A DNA stretch of 64,000 nt from a virus (taxonomy: Duplodnaviria; Caudoviricetes): positions 1-64,000 of IMG/VR virus record IMGVR_UViG_3300049144_000052, one strand, 5' to 3'. Shown one piece after another: positions 1 through 8,873 of the stretch. Within the stretch, counting starts at the first letter, position 1, and every line of letters starts with the position of its first letter. The position numbers and the translations under genes were made by a program. Below the pieces are notes generated by a model. It saw only the letters and a program-made list of their open reading frames with translations. It was not told where the DNA came from and ran no database searches.

Positions 1-41
1 CCCCCACCCCATTCCGGCATGACCAACCGAGGAGATCAGCC

Positions 42-344
42 ATGTCTTCTTCCATCCAGACCGCCCAGTCCGCTGCCTGGCCGGAGGGCGTCGTCGCCCG
101 CTACGTGACCCTCGCTGGCGCCACCGTCGACGTCAGCCACGACATGAGCCTCATCCAGGACACCGAGCCGAACCTCTCCATCGCTCGCTGCGGCGGCGAG
201 AACTGCGACGCCAGCCACCACGAGCGGTGGACGGACTACGGCTACCGCTCGGATGACGGCAGCAGGGGCGCTGACCGCGAGGTCGGCAAGTGGGCCCAGG
301 CCCACGCAGAGACCTGCCGCGCCCTGCCCCGCCCCACCGCCTAA
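42..344 (+). CDS. Hypothetical protein with Cys/His residues
   Basis: GAGGAG RBS before ATG; 100 aa; GC3-rich codons. Confidence 0.75.
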   Translation: MSSSIQTAQSAAWPEGVVARYVTLAGATVDVSHDMSLIQDTEPNLSIARCGGENCDASHHERWTDYGYRSDDGSRGADREVGKWAQAHAETCRALPRPTA

Positions 345-387
345 CCCGCACCACCCCCACCGTTCCTGTGATCTGAAAGGCACCCCC

Positions 388-618
388 ATGTCTACGTTTC
401 TGTCTGACGCCGATCTCGCTGTCACCGAGTTGGGCCGTCGTGCCCGTGCGGTCGCTTCGGTGGCTGATGCGACGGTCGCCAGCATTTTCGACGAGTTCGC
501 TGAGGCTCGTGCGGCTGGCCGTCACGACGTGATGAACCTGATCCGCGACCGTGCCTACGCCTTCGACCCGGATCTGCTGGCCGAGCTGGACGGCTTCGAC
601 TACCCGGCCGCCGCGTGA
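388..618 (+). CDS. Hypothetical protein
   Basis: GAAAGG RBS, ATG at 388 inside ORF 253..618 (MSTFLSDADL...). Confidence 0.7.
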   Translation: MSTFLSDADLAVTELGRRARAVASVADATVASIFDEFAEARAAGRHDVMNLIRDRAYAFDPDLLAELDGFDYPAAA

Positions 619-731
619 TGGCGGGGGTTCGGCGGCTGATCGCCGCATTGGCGCGCACCGCGAACTGGCGCTGCCCGGACTGCGACACCTGGAACGCCGA
701 CAGCGACGAAAAGTGCCACACCTGCGGCTGA
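618..731 (+). CDS. 37-aa RanBP2-type zinc-finger microprotein
   Basis: TGATG coupling; WRCPDCDTWNADSDEKCHTC matches W-x-C-x2-C-x3-N-x6-C-x2-C; too short for the ORF track. Confidence 0.7.
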   Translation: MAGVRRLIAALARTANWRCPDCDTWNADSDEKCHTCG

Positions 732-777
732 CCACCCCGATCCGCACCACCCATCCATCAACGAGAGAGGACCACCG

Positions 778-1158
778 ATGGCGACCGTCGAGATCACCTC
801 GTTCGGGTTCCTGCACGCGGGCGCCCCGGAGGCGGACGTTGTGCTGGATCTGCGGCGGGCGTTCCGTGACCCGCACGTCGACCCCCGGCTGCGGCAGCTG
901 ACCGGCCGCGATCGGCTCGTCAAGCGGGCCGTGCTCCGCACGAGCGGGGTTCGCCGTCTGCTGCGGGCGACGGTCCGGCAGGTGCAGGCCTACGACCGCG
1001 GCCCGTCCGTCGACCGGATCGTCATCGGCTCCGGCTGTGCAGGCGGCAGGCACCGGTCGGTGGTCGTCGCCGAGCAGCTCGCCCGTCGCCTCCGCCGCCG
1101 CGGCCACACCGTCACCGTCACCCACCGAGACCTGCACCAGCCCGTTGTACAGCGCTAA
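778..1158 (+). CDS. Stand-alone RapZ C-terminal-domain-like protein
   Basis: ITSFGFLH, DVVLDLR..FRDPH, IGSGCAGGRHRSV motifs; no N-terminal P-loop domain. Confidence 0.75.
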   Translation: MATVEITSFGFLHAGAPEADVVLDLRRAFRDPHVDPRLRQLTGRDRLVKRAVLRTSGVRRLLRATVRQVQAYDRGPSVDRIVIGSGCAGGRHRSVVVAEQLARRLRRRGHTVTVTHRDLHQPVVQR

Positions 1159-1199
1159 CCCCGCACAACCCACACCACTCACTCGAAGAGGAGAACGAC

Positions 1200-1379
1200 A
1201 TGCGATTCCGCACGAGCCCTTCCCCCGCCGTCGCCGAGACGAAGAGCCGCACCAGCGACGACCTGCGGAACGAGTACAGGTTGATCACCCGCGAGCGCTC
1301 CGGGGGTCACAACTCGCTCGGCGCGATCGCCGACCAGAACGACATCGCCCGCGAACTGGAGCGCCGCGGCGAGCTCTGA
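1200..1379 (+). CDS. Small hypothetical protein (59 aa)
   Basis: GAGGAG RBS, ATG 1200, TGA 1379. Confidence 0.6.
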   Translation: MRFRTSPSPAVAETKSRTSDDLRNEYRLITRERSGGHNSLGAIADQNDIARELERRGEL

Positions 1380-1521
1380 CCCACCCACAACCCCCGTACC
1401 GCCGGGCGCGGCCACCCCTCCGCGTCCGGCACCAGCCCCGAATCCCAGCGTGATGCTGCCGGATCGGATCCGGCCCGGGGCACGCACCACCACCCGACCA
1501 ACCAACCGAGAGGAGCCCGGC

Positions 1522-1659
1522 ATGGACGAGAAGAAGACCGACCTGTCCAGCAAGGAGAACGTGGCGAAGGGTCAGAAGGTCTACGACCAGATCGTGGCCG
1601 GCAAGGTCCGGGACGTGAACACGACGCTCGACGCCACCTACGGCCGGAAGGAGGGCTGA
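1522..1659 (+). CDS. Small hypothetical protein (45 aa)
   Basis: GAGAGGAG RBS, ATG 1522 within ORF 1450..1659. Confidence 0.6.
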   Translation: MDEKKTDLSSKENVAKGQKVYDQIVAGKVRDVNTTLDATYGRKEG

Positions 1660-1661
1660 CC

Positions 1662-1835
1662 GTGGGCTTCGGACAGATCGCCGCGCACCAGATCCAGCAG
1701 CTCGCCGCGCAGGCCCGGGCGGGCGCGCTCGACCCGGCAGCCGCCCGGCAGGCCGCCGACAACAACCTGGCCCGGCTCAGCCCGGCCGACCGGCAGGAAG
1801 CCGAGGCCATCCTCCGGCAGAACGCGCCCCAGTAG
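1662..1835 (+). CDS. Small hypothetical protein (57 aa)
   Basis: GGAGG RBS, GTG 1662, TAG 1835. Confidence 0.55.
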   Translation: MGFGQIAAHQIQQLAAQARAGALDPAAARQAADNNLARLSPADRQEAEAILRQNAPQ

Positions 1836-1919
1836 CTGACCGGCTGCCCGATCCGCCCGTCTCGCACGGGCGGTGAGGGGAACCGGTCAGCGCTTCCAAC
1901 CCAACCGAGAGGAACCCTG

Positions 1920-2084
1920 ATGGGCCGCAACTTCCCCGCCCAGACCGTCGAGGGCAACGGCGACACCTGGGAGCCCGCCGCCGGGCCCGGCCGCAACGGC
2001 GAACCCGTCTACTACCCGACCAGCGGACCGGAGACCCCAGCAGAGACGCCTTCCGAGATCGAGGCCAACTACGGCCGTCGCTGA
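1920..2084 (+). CDS. Small hypothetical protein (54 aa)
   Basis: GAGAGGA RBS, ATG 1920, TGA 2084. Confidence 0.55.
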   Translation: MGRNFPAQTVEGNGDTWEPAAGPGRNGEPVYYPTSGPETPAETPSEIEANYGRR

Positions 2085-2175
2085 CCGGCTGCCCGCGGCG
2101 CCCGACCTGCTCGGGCGCCAAGGAGAACTGGCGCAGCGTCACCCCACCCCGTCCGTTCCGACCAAAGAGGTCGTC

Positions 2176-2376
2176 ATGTTCCGTCGTGTCCTGCTGTGGT
2201 CGCTCCTCGCGGCCTACCTGATCGTCGTCGCCCTGTGGCCGGCGGCTGCAACCCCGGTCGATCTGGCGTTCACCGGCCTGGACTCGGTGATCGCCGCCAT
2301 CCCCGGCCCTGTGCTGCTGCTCGCCGCCGTCGCCGCGTGGCTGAAGCACCGGCCCACCCCAGTGAGGTCCGCCTGA
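2176..2376 (+). CDS. Small membrane protein, plasmid-spread-like
   Basis: Two hydrophobic segments; directly upstream of the transfer genes. Confidence 0.7.
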   Translation: MFRRVLLWSLLAAYLIVVALWPAAATPVDLAFTGLDSVIAAIPGPVLLLAAVAAWLKHRPTPVRSA

Positions 2377-2540
2377 TGGCCGCCGACAAGGCGCACGGCG
2401 CCCGCACCGACGACAGCCGCCGCCCCCAGGGCACGGCTCCGTTCCAGAACAGTGCCCCCGGTGACGCCCATTTCCAGGGCCGCGCGCCCTCTACCGCCAC
2501 CGACCACATCCGCCGACGCCCCCGCGTCACCGCGAGCTAG
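2376..2540 (+). CDS. Small hypothetical protein
   Basis: TGATG coupling to the previous gene. Confidence 0.55.
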   Translation: MAADKAHGARTDDSRRPQGTAPFQNSAPGDAHFQGRAPSTATDHIRRRPRVTAS

Positions 2541-2561
2541 ACCCAGAGAGGACTGATACCC

Positions 2562-3806
2562 GTGACCGCCACGTCGTTCGAAATGCTCAACGGCCAGGAC
2601 CGCTTTGACCCGGTTGCGCTGGCTGAGGCGGAGGCGATCCGGACCCGCGCCGAAGCTGAAGCCGAAGCCGCCCGCATCAAGGCCGCCGGCGCGGCCGAAG
2701 CCGAGCGCATCAAGGCCGCCGAGGAAGCCCGCAAGCAGAGGATCGCCAACGATAAGGCCGAGGCCCGTGCTCGTGAGGAGCAGGCCGCCCGAGAGGCCCG
2801 GATCGCCAAGCTGAACCGGGAGCGTGAGGAGGAGGAGCGCGCTGCCCGCGAGGCGGAGGAGAAGGCGGCCGCGCAGGAGCAGGCGGAAGCGGCGAAGGCC
2901 GCCGAGGTCGCTGCCGCTGAGGAGCAGTGGCGGCAGTACGCGCTGAGGTTCTACGCCGTCTGCTCGATCGTCGCCCTGCCGGTGCAGATCGCCGCGTTCT
3001 ACAACCCGAACGCCCTGTGGCTGATGGCCGCTCCGCTCATGCTTGAAGGCGGCGCGTGGGTTGTCCTCAAGGGCGCCCGGGCCGCCGCTGCCGACCACCG
3101 GCCGCACTGGCACTACCGGCTCATTGCCTGGGTGCTCGCCTTCATCGCGGCAGCGATCAACCTGTGGCACGGGCTGCACGCCTTCGACCCGGCCACCGCG
3201 ATCGGCACGGCGTTCGCGTCCATCGCCGGCCCCGGCGTGTACGACCTCCACGAGCACGGCCAGATCCGTAAGCGCGACGGCGCGCTCACTCGGAAGCAGC
3301 GCAAGGCCCAGGCGAAAGCCGAGCGTGCCGAGGCCGCCCGCAAGGCCGCGGAGGAGAAGCGCCGGGCCGCCGAGAAGGAGGCCGCCGAGCGGGCAGCAGT
3401 TGAGGCCGCGGAGAAGCTCGCGCAGGCGCGCGCCAAGGAGTTCCCGAAGGTGTGGCAGCACGCTCTGCGGCTCGCTGCGGCGCTCGGCGAGACGACCGTT
3501 ACCGAGGCCGTCTGGAAGCGCGCGCACCGAGACGTCGAGGGGGCCGACCCGTCGGAGTCCGCGGAGATTATCCGACTGCGCAACGCCGCCGAAGCGAGGG
3601 TCGAAGCCGCCCGGCAGAAGCGCTCCGTGAACGGATCATCGCAGCAGGTCGCATCGCAAGTGCCCGGCGCGAAGAAGCCCCGCGTCTACAACCCTCCCGC
3701 CCGCCGCGGCAAGCGCACTAAGGGCGACGTCAAATACGCCCCCGCCGCCCGCCGCCAGGCCTCCATCGCCGCCAAGCAGACCGCCGGCAAGAAGGACCCG
3801 TCATGA
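2562..3806 (+). CDS. Coiled-coil plus multi-TM membrane protein, Spd/DUF2637-like transfer protein
   Basis: Ala/Glu/Arg coiled coils flank about 4 hydrophobic helices; ATGA overlap with the translocase gene. Confidence 0.7.
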   Translation: MTATSFEMLNGQDRFDPVALAEAEAIRTRAEAEAEAARIKAAGAAEAERIKAAEEARKQRIANDKAEARAREEQAAREARIAKLNREREEEERAAREAEEKAAAQEQAEAAKAAEVAAAEEQWRQYALRFYAVCSIVALPVQIAAFYNPNALWLMAAPLMLEGGAWVVLKGARAAAADHRPHWHYRLIAWVLAFIAAAINLWHGLHAFDPATAIGTAFASIAGPGVYDLHEHGQIRKRDGALTRKQRKAQAKAERAEAARKAAEEKRRAAEKEAAERAAVEAAEKLAQARAKEFPKVWQHALRLAAALGETTVTEAVWKRAHRDVEGADPSESAEIIRLRNAAEARVEAARQKRSVNGSSQQVASQVPGAKKPRVYNPPARRGKRTKGDVKYAPAARRQASIAAKQTAGKKDPS

Positions 3807-5905
3807 GCATCGAGACGACCCCCAGTAGCACCCCCGACCCAGAGTGGGAGCGCATCGTCGGCGGCTACCTGAACGCCCCCGGCGAGGCGCCCGTCGAGAA
3901 GCAGACGACGTCCGTCGACCTGATGGGCGACACGCCCCTCACCCCAGCCTGGACGAAGACCCGCACCGGCTGGAAGAGCCGCGCCGAGGTCGGCCGCGTC
4001 AACACCGTCCGCAGCTTCCGGAAGTGGCTGCGCCGGCAGGCCACCGAGCACGGGCACGCCTCACAGATCGGCCGCGGGATCCGCCGCACGGTCCTGTGGG
4101 TGCAGGGCACTGAGGGCGCGCAGATCCTCGCCGCCCGGCACGAGGTGCAGCAGGCGCAGCGCGACTACAAGGCCGCGAAGTGGGCGCACGACCGGCGGCT
4201 CATGCCCGGCAAGGAAAAGGACAAGCGGCGCCGGGAGATGGAGGGAGCCTTCGCCGACTCCGTCGCGGCGATGAGCAAGTATCGGTCGGCGCAGCGGGAC
4301 GCCCGCGTGCGGCGGGCCGTGCGCGGCGTTGCGGCCCTCGCCCCGATCGCCGGTGTCGAGGGTGCCGGGCTGCACCTGCTCGGCGCGCCCGGCGGACTCG
4401 CAGCCACCGCCGCCACCCTGGCCACGTTCGCGCTGATCGGCCGGCGCACCACCGCTGGCGAGCTGTACACCGACCGCGACGCGAAGATCGGCGACGGGGA
4501 CCGCATGACCGACGAGATGGTCAACCGGGTCTATCGCGACGCTCGCGTCATCGCCGCCGACGACGAACTGCGCCTCATCACCCCCTGCACGCTCACCGCC
4601 GACGGCAAGGCCTGGCAGGTCGTGTTCCAGCTGCCGTCCGGCACCCCCGCCAAGAAGGCGCTCGGCGCGCGCGAAGGCATTGCAAACGGCTTCGGCGTGT
4701 CCGTGCAGCAGGTCCACCAGACCCGTGGCGACCGCGAGGACACCATTCACCTACGGGTGTCGCTGAAGCTGCCGTTCTCGTCCAAGCCGACCCGGGGCCC
4801 GCTGCTCGACGCAGAGCGGGTCAACCTGTGGCGGCCCATCCGGATGGGTGTCAACCTGCGCGGCGAGGAAGTTGTCACCTCGTGGGTCGAGCGGTCCGGA
4901 CTGTTCGGCGGCGAGCCAGGCTCCGGCAAGTCCGCCGCGGCCAACGACCTGCTGCTCGCTGCTGCCCTCGACCCGACGGTGCGCATGTACCTCGCCGACG
5001 GCAAGGCCGGCGCCGACATCACCCCGTTCGAGCCGATCGCCACGATGTTCGACACCGATGGTGACCCCGACAAGCTCCTCGACATCCTGCAGTACATGTG
5101 GGACGTCGAGATCAAGGAGCGGCGCGCCCTGGCGAAAGAGCACGGTTCCCGCAAGCTGACCGAGGCGATGGCCGCCGTCGACCCGCGGGTCTGCCTGGCC
5201 GTGCTCCTCGTCGACGAGTGGTCGTCCTACGGTGCCGCCGCCGACCAGAAGACCCGGCAGGAGATGGAACGGCTGCTGCGGCTGATCGTCCAGCAGGGCC
5301 GGGCGCTCGGCATCATCAGCCTCGCCGCCACACAGAAGCCCGACAGCGACTCCGTGCCCACCGGCATCCGCGACATCCTGTCCATCCGCTGGGCGATGCG
5401 CTGCCTCACCCCGCAGGCCTCCGACACGATCCTCGGCCAGGGCTACGCCTCCGCCGGGCACAACGCGCAGGACATCCTCAAGTCGCAGCGCGGCGTGGGC
5501 ATCTACATGGACGGTGAAGGAGCCGAACCGGAACTGGTCCGCGGCGACTACTACGACGATGACGAGGTCGCCGCCATCCTGGGCCGCGCCTACGCGCTGC
5601 GGCAGGAAGCTGGGACGCTCCCGGTAGGGGCCGAGCCGGACATCCTCGATCACCTGATCAAGGCCGCTTCGGGGACCGGCCGCGGCAACGTGACCCGCGC
5701 GGAGGTGTTCGCCTACCTCGCCACGGTCGACGAGGGGTTCGTCCGGGGGGACGACGAGAGCGATGAGCGTCACCGGTCCCGGGTCGGCAGTCTCCTCAAG
5801 GACCGCCTCGCTGAGCTCGGCGTCGAGGTGCCCGCCGTGCAGTTCCCGCTCGACGGTAAGCGCGTCTGGGGATGGACCTTGGAATCCCTCCAGGGCGCCC
5901 GATAG
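3803..5905 (+). CDS. traB: FtsK/SpoIIIE-family DNA translocase, TraB-like
   Basis: Walker A GGEPGSGKS, Walker B VLLVDE, ATQKP motif, hydrophobic segment before the ATPase, winged-helix-like C-terminus. Confidence 0.85.
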   Translation: MSIETTPSSTPDPEWERIVGGYLNAPGEAPVEKQTTSVDLMGDTPLTPAWTKTRTGWKSRAEVGRVNTVRSFRKWLRRQATEHGHASQIGRGIRRTVLWVQGTEGAQILAARHEVQQAQRDYKAAKWAHDRRLMPGKEKDKRRREMEGAFADSVAAMSKYRSAQRDARVRRAVRGVAALAPIAGVEGAGLHLLGAPGGLAATAATLATFALIGRRTTAGELYTDRDAKIGDGDRMTDEMVNRVYRDARVIAADDELRLITPCTLTADGKAWQVVFQLPSGTPAKKALGAREGIANGFGVSVQQVHQTRGDREDTIHLRVSLKLPFSSKPTRGPLLDAERVNLWRPIRMGVNLRGEEVVTSWVERSGLFGGEPGSGKSAAANDLLLAAALDPTVRMYLADGKAGADITPFEPIATMFDTDGDPDKLLDILQYMWDVEIKERRALAKEHGSRKLTEAMAAVDPRVCLAVLLVDEWSSYGAAADQKTRQEMERLLRLIVQQGRALGIISLAATQKPDSDSVPTGIRDILSIRWAMRCLTPQASDTILGQGYASAGHNAQDILKSQRGVGIYMDGEGAEPELVRGDYYDDDEVAAILGRAYALRQEAGTLPVGAEPDILDHLIKAASGTGRGNVTRAEVFAYLATVDEGFVRGDDESDERHRSRVGSLLKDRLAELGVEVPAVQFPLDGKRVWGWTLESLQGAR

Positions 5906-5917
5906 GAGCGATTTATC

Positions 5918-6075
5918 CCTGAGTGGCCGTGCCGGTATCTGTCATTTTGCCCCTGAGTGCCCCCTGTGCCGAGCAGGCGCCACCCTGTGTAGCACGCACA
6001 GGGGTACGGGCCACCTGCACAGGGGGCAGCACAGTCCACGACCTGCGGTTTCATCGCCGCGCACAGTCCCTGCAC
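5918..6075. repeat. Cluster of CCCTG(A/T)G / GCACAG(G/T) 8-mer repeats downstream of traB
   Basis: CCCTGAGT 5918 and 5951, CCCTGTGC 5962, CCCTGTGT 5983, GCACAGGG 5996 and 6017, GCACAGTC 6029 and 6061. Confidence 0.55.
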
Positions 6076-6097
6076 ACCCCTTACGAAGGAGATCACC

Positions 6098-6424
6098 ATG
6101 CCCGCCAAATACACCGCTGGAGAGATCGCCAAGCTCGCCCGCCTGGAGTTCAAAGCCGCCCGCCGCGTCGTCGCCGCCGGCCACGAAGCTGCTGGAGGCA
6201 ACGACCGGGCACAGGACCGCATCCACGACCGGGCACAGCAGCGCTGGGAGCGCGAAGCCGGCGTCGCCTTCAACCAGCTGGAGGCCGCGGAGAACGAACT
6301 CGCCACGGCCGAGGTGAACCTGCGCTCCGCCCGGGGCGAGGACAAGGCAGCCGCCCGTCGTGCCCGCAACGACGCCAAGGACAAGGTCCGCCGCGCCAAC
6401 AACGCCGCCCGCAAGTACCGCTGA
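6098..6424 (+). CDS. Hypothetical helical protein
   Basis: AAGGAG RBS; 108 aa. Confidence 0.75.
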   Translation: MPAKYTAGEIAKLARLEFKAARRVVAAGHEAAGGNDRAQDRIHDRAQQRWEREAGVAFNQLEAAENELATAEVNLRSARGEDKAAARRARNDAKDKVRRANNAARKYR

Positions 6425-6440
6425 CACGAAGGAGACCCGC

Positions 6441-6629
6441 ATGCCCCTGTTCCGCCGCACCCCCGAACCGCAGGGCTACCGCCCCACCGAAGCCGAAGTG
6501 GCCGACGCTGCCGTCCAGCTCAACTCGGGCAGCCACCACGCCGCCTACGACCTCACCGCCCACTCCGGCGACCGCCGCCAGGAGACCGTGATGCGGATCC
6601 TCGACCACTGCGTGGAGGACGCCGAATGA
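6441..6629 (+). CDS. Hypothetical protein
   Basis: AAGGAG RBS, ATG 6441. Confidence 0.65.
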   Translation: MPLFRRTPEPQGYRPTEAEVADAAVQLNSGSHHAAYDLTAHSGDRRQETVMRILDHCVEDAE

Positions 6630-6728
6630 AGCGCACCTACCACTTCACCGCGGCCATCAGCGACGGCCTCCGCAAGAAGCGCACCTGGACCGCCACCCAC
6701 ATCGAACTCAGCTGAGGAGACCCCGACT

Positions 6729-7190
6729 ATGTCCGTCCTGCCCGAGCCGACGCCCACCGCCCCCGCGGCCGGGCAGACCACCAGCCCCCTTACCGACGCC
6801 GTCATCAGTGCCGCCGTCGACAACGCCATCCACGAGTCGCGGCGCCGCAGCACCAGCCCGCCCGCGCGGAAGCCGGATCGCCCGGCGATGACGCCTCAGG
6901 CGACCGGCGTGAGCGTCATGATGATCGCGGGCGGCTTCCTCAGCCTGTGCCTCGGCACCGCCGTCTCCGCCGTCCTCCACTTCTCGCACGGCGCCAACGA
7001 GACCGTCGTCATCACCCTCTGCGCCGCGCCCCCCGCCGCGTTCTTCTCTCTCGGCGCCCTCGTCAAGAAGGTCAAGCAGGCCGCCCCCAACGAGATCCAC
7101 AACCACTACGACGGGCCTGTCTACCAGGACCAGCGCAACGTCCACAGCAGCACCCGCGGCGTGTGGGCCAAAACCAACAACCAGCAGTAG
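6729..7190 (+). CDS. Membrane protein with two hydrophobic segments, Spd-like
   Basis: GAGGAG RBS; hydrophobic core aa ~60-110. Confidence 0.7.
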   Translation: MSVLPEPTPTAPAAGQTTSPLTDAVISAAVDNAIHESRRRSTSPPARKPDRPAMTPQATGVSVMMIAGGFLSLCLGTAVSAVLHFSHGANETVVITLCAAPPAAFFSLGALVKKVKQAAPNEIHNHYDGPVYQDQRNVHSSTRGVWAKTNNQQ

Positions 7191-7199
7191 GAGAACCCC

Positions 7200-7427
7200 A
7201 TGACCACGATCACCCTGACCCGCGAGGACCTCCGCGAGACCGCGATCGCCAGCCTCGTCGAGTCCATGCAGCGGGAGCGTGCCGGAGAGGACGTCACCGG
7301 CCACTACCGCGACCAGGTCGAGCCCGCCGTTGACGCGGCCCTCGCCGCCGGATGGACCGGGCGGGACATCCACGGCGGCGCCGACCGACGCTACGGGCAG
7401 TGGCTCATCGACCAGGCCAGCAAGTAA
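7200..7427 (+). CDS. Hypothetical protein
   Basis: AGGAG RBS; 75 aa. Confidence 0.7.
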   Translation: MTTITLTREDLRETAIASLVESMQRERAGEDVTGHYRDQVEPAVDAALAAGWTGRDIHGGADRRYGQWLIDQASK

Positions 7428-7438
7428 GGAGACCCCGC

Positions 7439-7534
7439 ATGCCCGACAACGAATGCATCCTCTGCGGCGCCCCCGGCGGCTACCCGTACTGCAACGCCGC
7501 CTGCAAAGCCGCCGACAACCCCGACGACGAGTAG
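7439..7534 (+). CDS. 31-aa Cys-rich peptide
   Basis: AAGGAG RBS; MPDNECILCGAPGGYPYCNAAC... Confidence 0.5.
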   Translation: MPDNECILCGAPGGYPYCNAACKAADNPDDE

Positions 7535-7544
7535 GAGGACCCTG

Positions 7545-7814
7545 ATGGCGATCCGGAAGGTGACGTGCTTCGTCGCCGAATGCGACCTGTGCGGCACCAG
7601 CGAGACCGGCGACGGCTCCACCCCGCACGGTCCAACTGAGCAGGCCGTCATCGACATCGTCACCGAGAAATGGGGCGACCCGACATGCGGGTGGACGCTC
7701 ACCGTCGACGGTCAGCTCGTCTGCGACACCGTCGACGACACGGCGCACCGGACCGCGCACGAAGAAGCCGGTAAGACGATCAGCTCGTGCGCGATGACCG
7801 TGACGTTTGCCTGA
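7545..7814 (+). CDS. Hypothetical zinc-binding protein
   Basis: CDLC and C/H residues; AGGAGG RBS. Confidence 0.7.
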   Translation: MAIRKVTCFVAECDLCGTSETGDGSTPHGPTEQAVIDIVTEKWGDPTCGWTLTVDGQLVCDTVDDTAHRTAHEEAGKTISSCAMTVTFA

Positions 7815-7825
7815 TCAGGCAGCAG

Positions 7826-7856
7826 AAGGGCCCGGACCGTCATCGGTCCGGGCCTT
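7826..7856. terminator. Terminator hairpin closing the transfer-gene block
   Basis: AAGGGCCCGGACCG-TCAT-CGGTCCGGGCCTT. Confidence 0.75.
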
Positions 7857-8165
7857 CGCCATGTGCGGTACGGCGCGCGCCATCCACCGCTGGTCCGTCA
7901 ACTGCCGGGGTGGCATTGCGGGTGCGAGACCAGCATCAAGGAGCAGCTGCCAGCCCTCCGCCGTCTCCTGCTCGTCATCGCCCTGCACCGTGAAACGAAG
8001 CGCCATACCGGCAGTGTGACGCGGCGAACGAGGGCGCGTCGGCTGAACCGCCGAAGACGTGAGGGGCGGCTCCGACTGTGCCATTGGACGCTGTTGTCAA
8101 CCTCATGCGGCACCATTGGCTCAGTAGTGCCCACGCTTCCCGTACCACCGCCGAGGAGCTGCACC

Positions 8166-8873
8166 ATGCACGACCACACCCCCGACGACTCCGGCTATGA
8201 ATGGCCGGTCTGTGTCACCCCCCGCTGTAACCGTCAGCTCTGGGTCGCTGAAGCCGACCGGTGGGCGTGCCGGCCGTGTGAGGATCGCGCAGCCCAGTGG
8301 ATAGCCGAACTCCCCACCCTCTTCCGGCAGCTGGACACGACTGCCTCCCTGATGCGCGGCGCCCGCCGTCCAGGCGGCGGCAGTACCGGCAGTAAGACGC
8401 CGCCGATCCCGCCCCGCCTGGAAGTCCTCGCCCTGGTCGGCCCGGGCGGTGTCGCAGCGAGGTTGTCGGCGATTGAGGATGCGTGGCGGCAGGTGCTCGG
8501 CTGGACGGTTGCCCCGTGGCGCGGCTCCCCGGCGCAGGCCGTGCCGCACCTGGTGGAGTTCCTCGCCAACAACCTGCTGTGGGCGTGCTCCTCCTACGAG
8601 GAGGTTGGGCAGGACATCGAGGACCTGCGGCGCCTGCACGGCGAGATGAAAGCCATCGCCGACGGAGAGCGGCGGCCCGGGCGGGTGCAGATCGGGGCGT
8701 GCCCGGTCCGCGTCGACGACGGCTACTGCGCGGCGCCGTTGACCGCGTCCGCCGCCAGCCACCGCGTCCGATGCCCGGCATGCGGGAGCCGGTGGGAGAC
8801 GCTGGGGGAGTGGCGGGAACTCCGGGCCGCACAAGACGCCGTGCTCGCCGAAGCGGCAGGAGTCGCGGCGTGA
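8166..8873 (+). CDS. Zinc-finger protein, possible late-gene regulator
   Basis: Several CxxC pairs at N- and C-termini; GAGGAG RBS; lies before the late region. Confidence 0.7.
   Translation: MHDHTPDDSGYEWPVCVTPRCNRQLWVAEADRWACRPCEDRAAQWIAELPTLFRQLDTTASLMRGARRPGGGSTGSKTPPIPPRLEVLALVGPGGVAARLSAIEDAWRQVLGWTVAPWRGSPAQAVPHLVEFLANNLLWACSSYEEVGQDIEDLRRLHGEMKAIADGERRPGRVQIGACPVRVDDGYCAAPLTASAASHRVRCPACGSRWETLGEWRELRAAQDAVLAEAAGVAA

Noticed and set aside
778-1158. Full-length rapZ host gene
   Set aside because: Lacks the N-terminal P-loop domain; only 126 aa
8095-8116. Third PafBC-type promoter (TGTCAA-N10-CACCAT)
   Set aside because: Both elements deviate from consensus; could be chance
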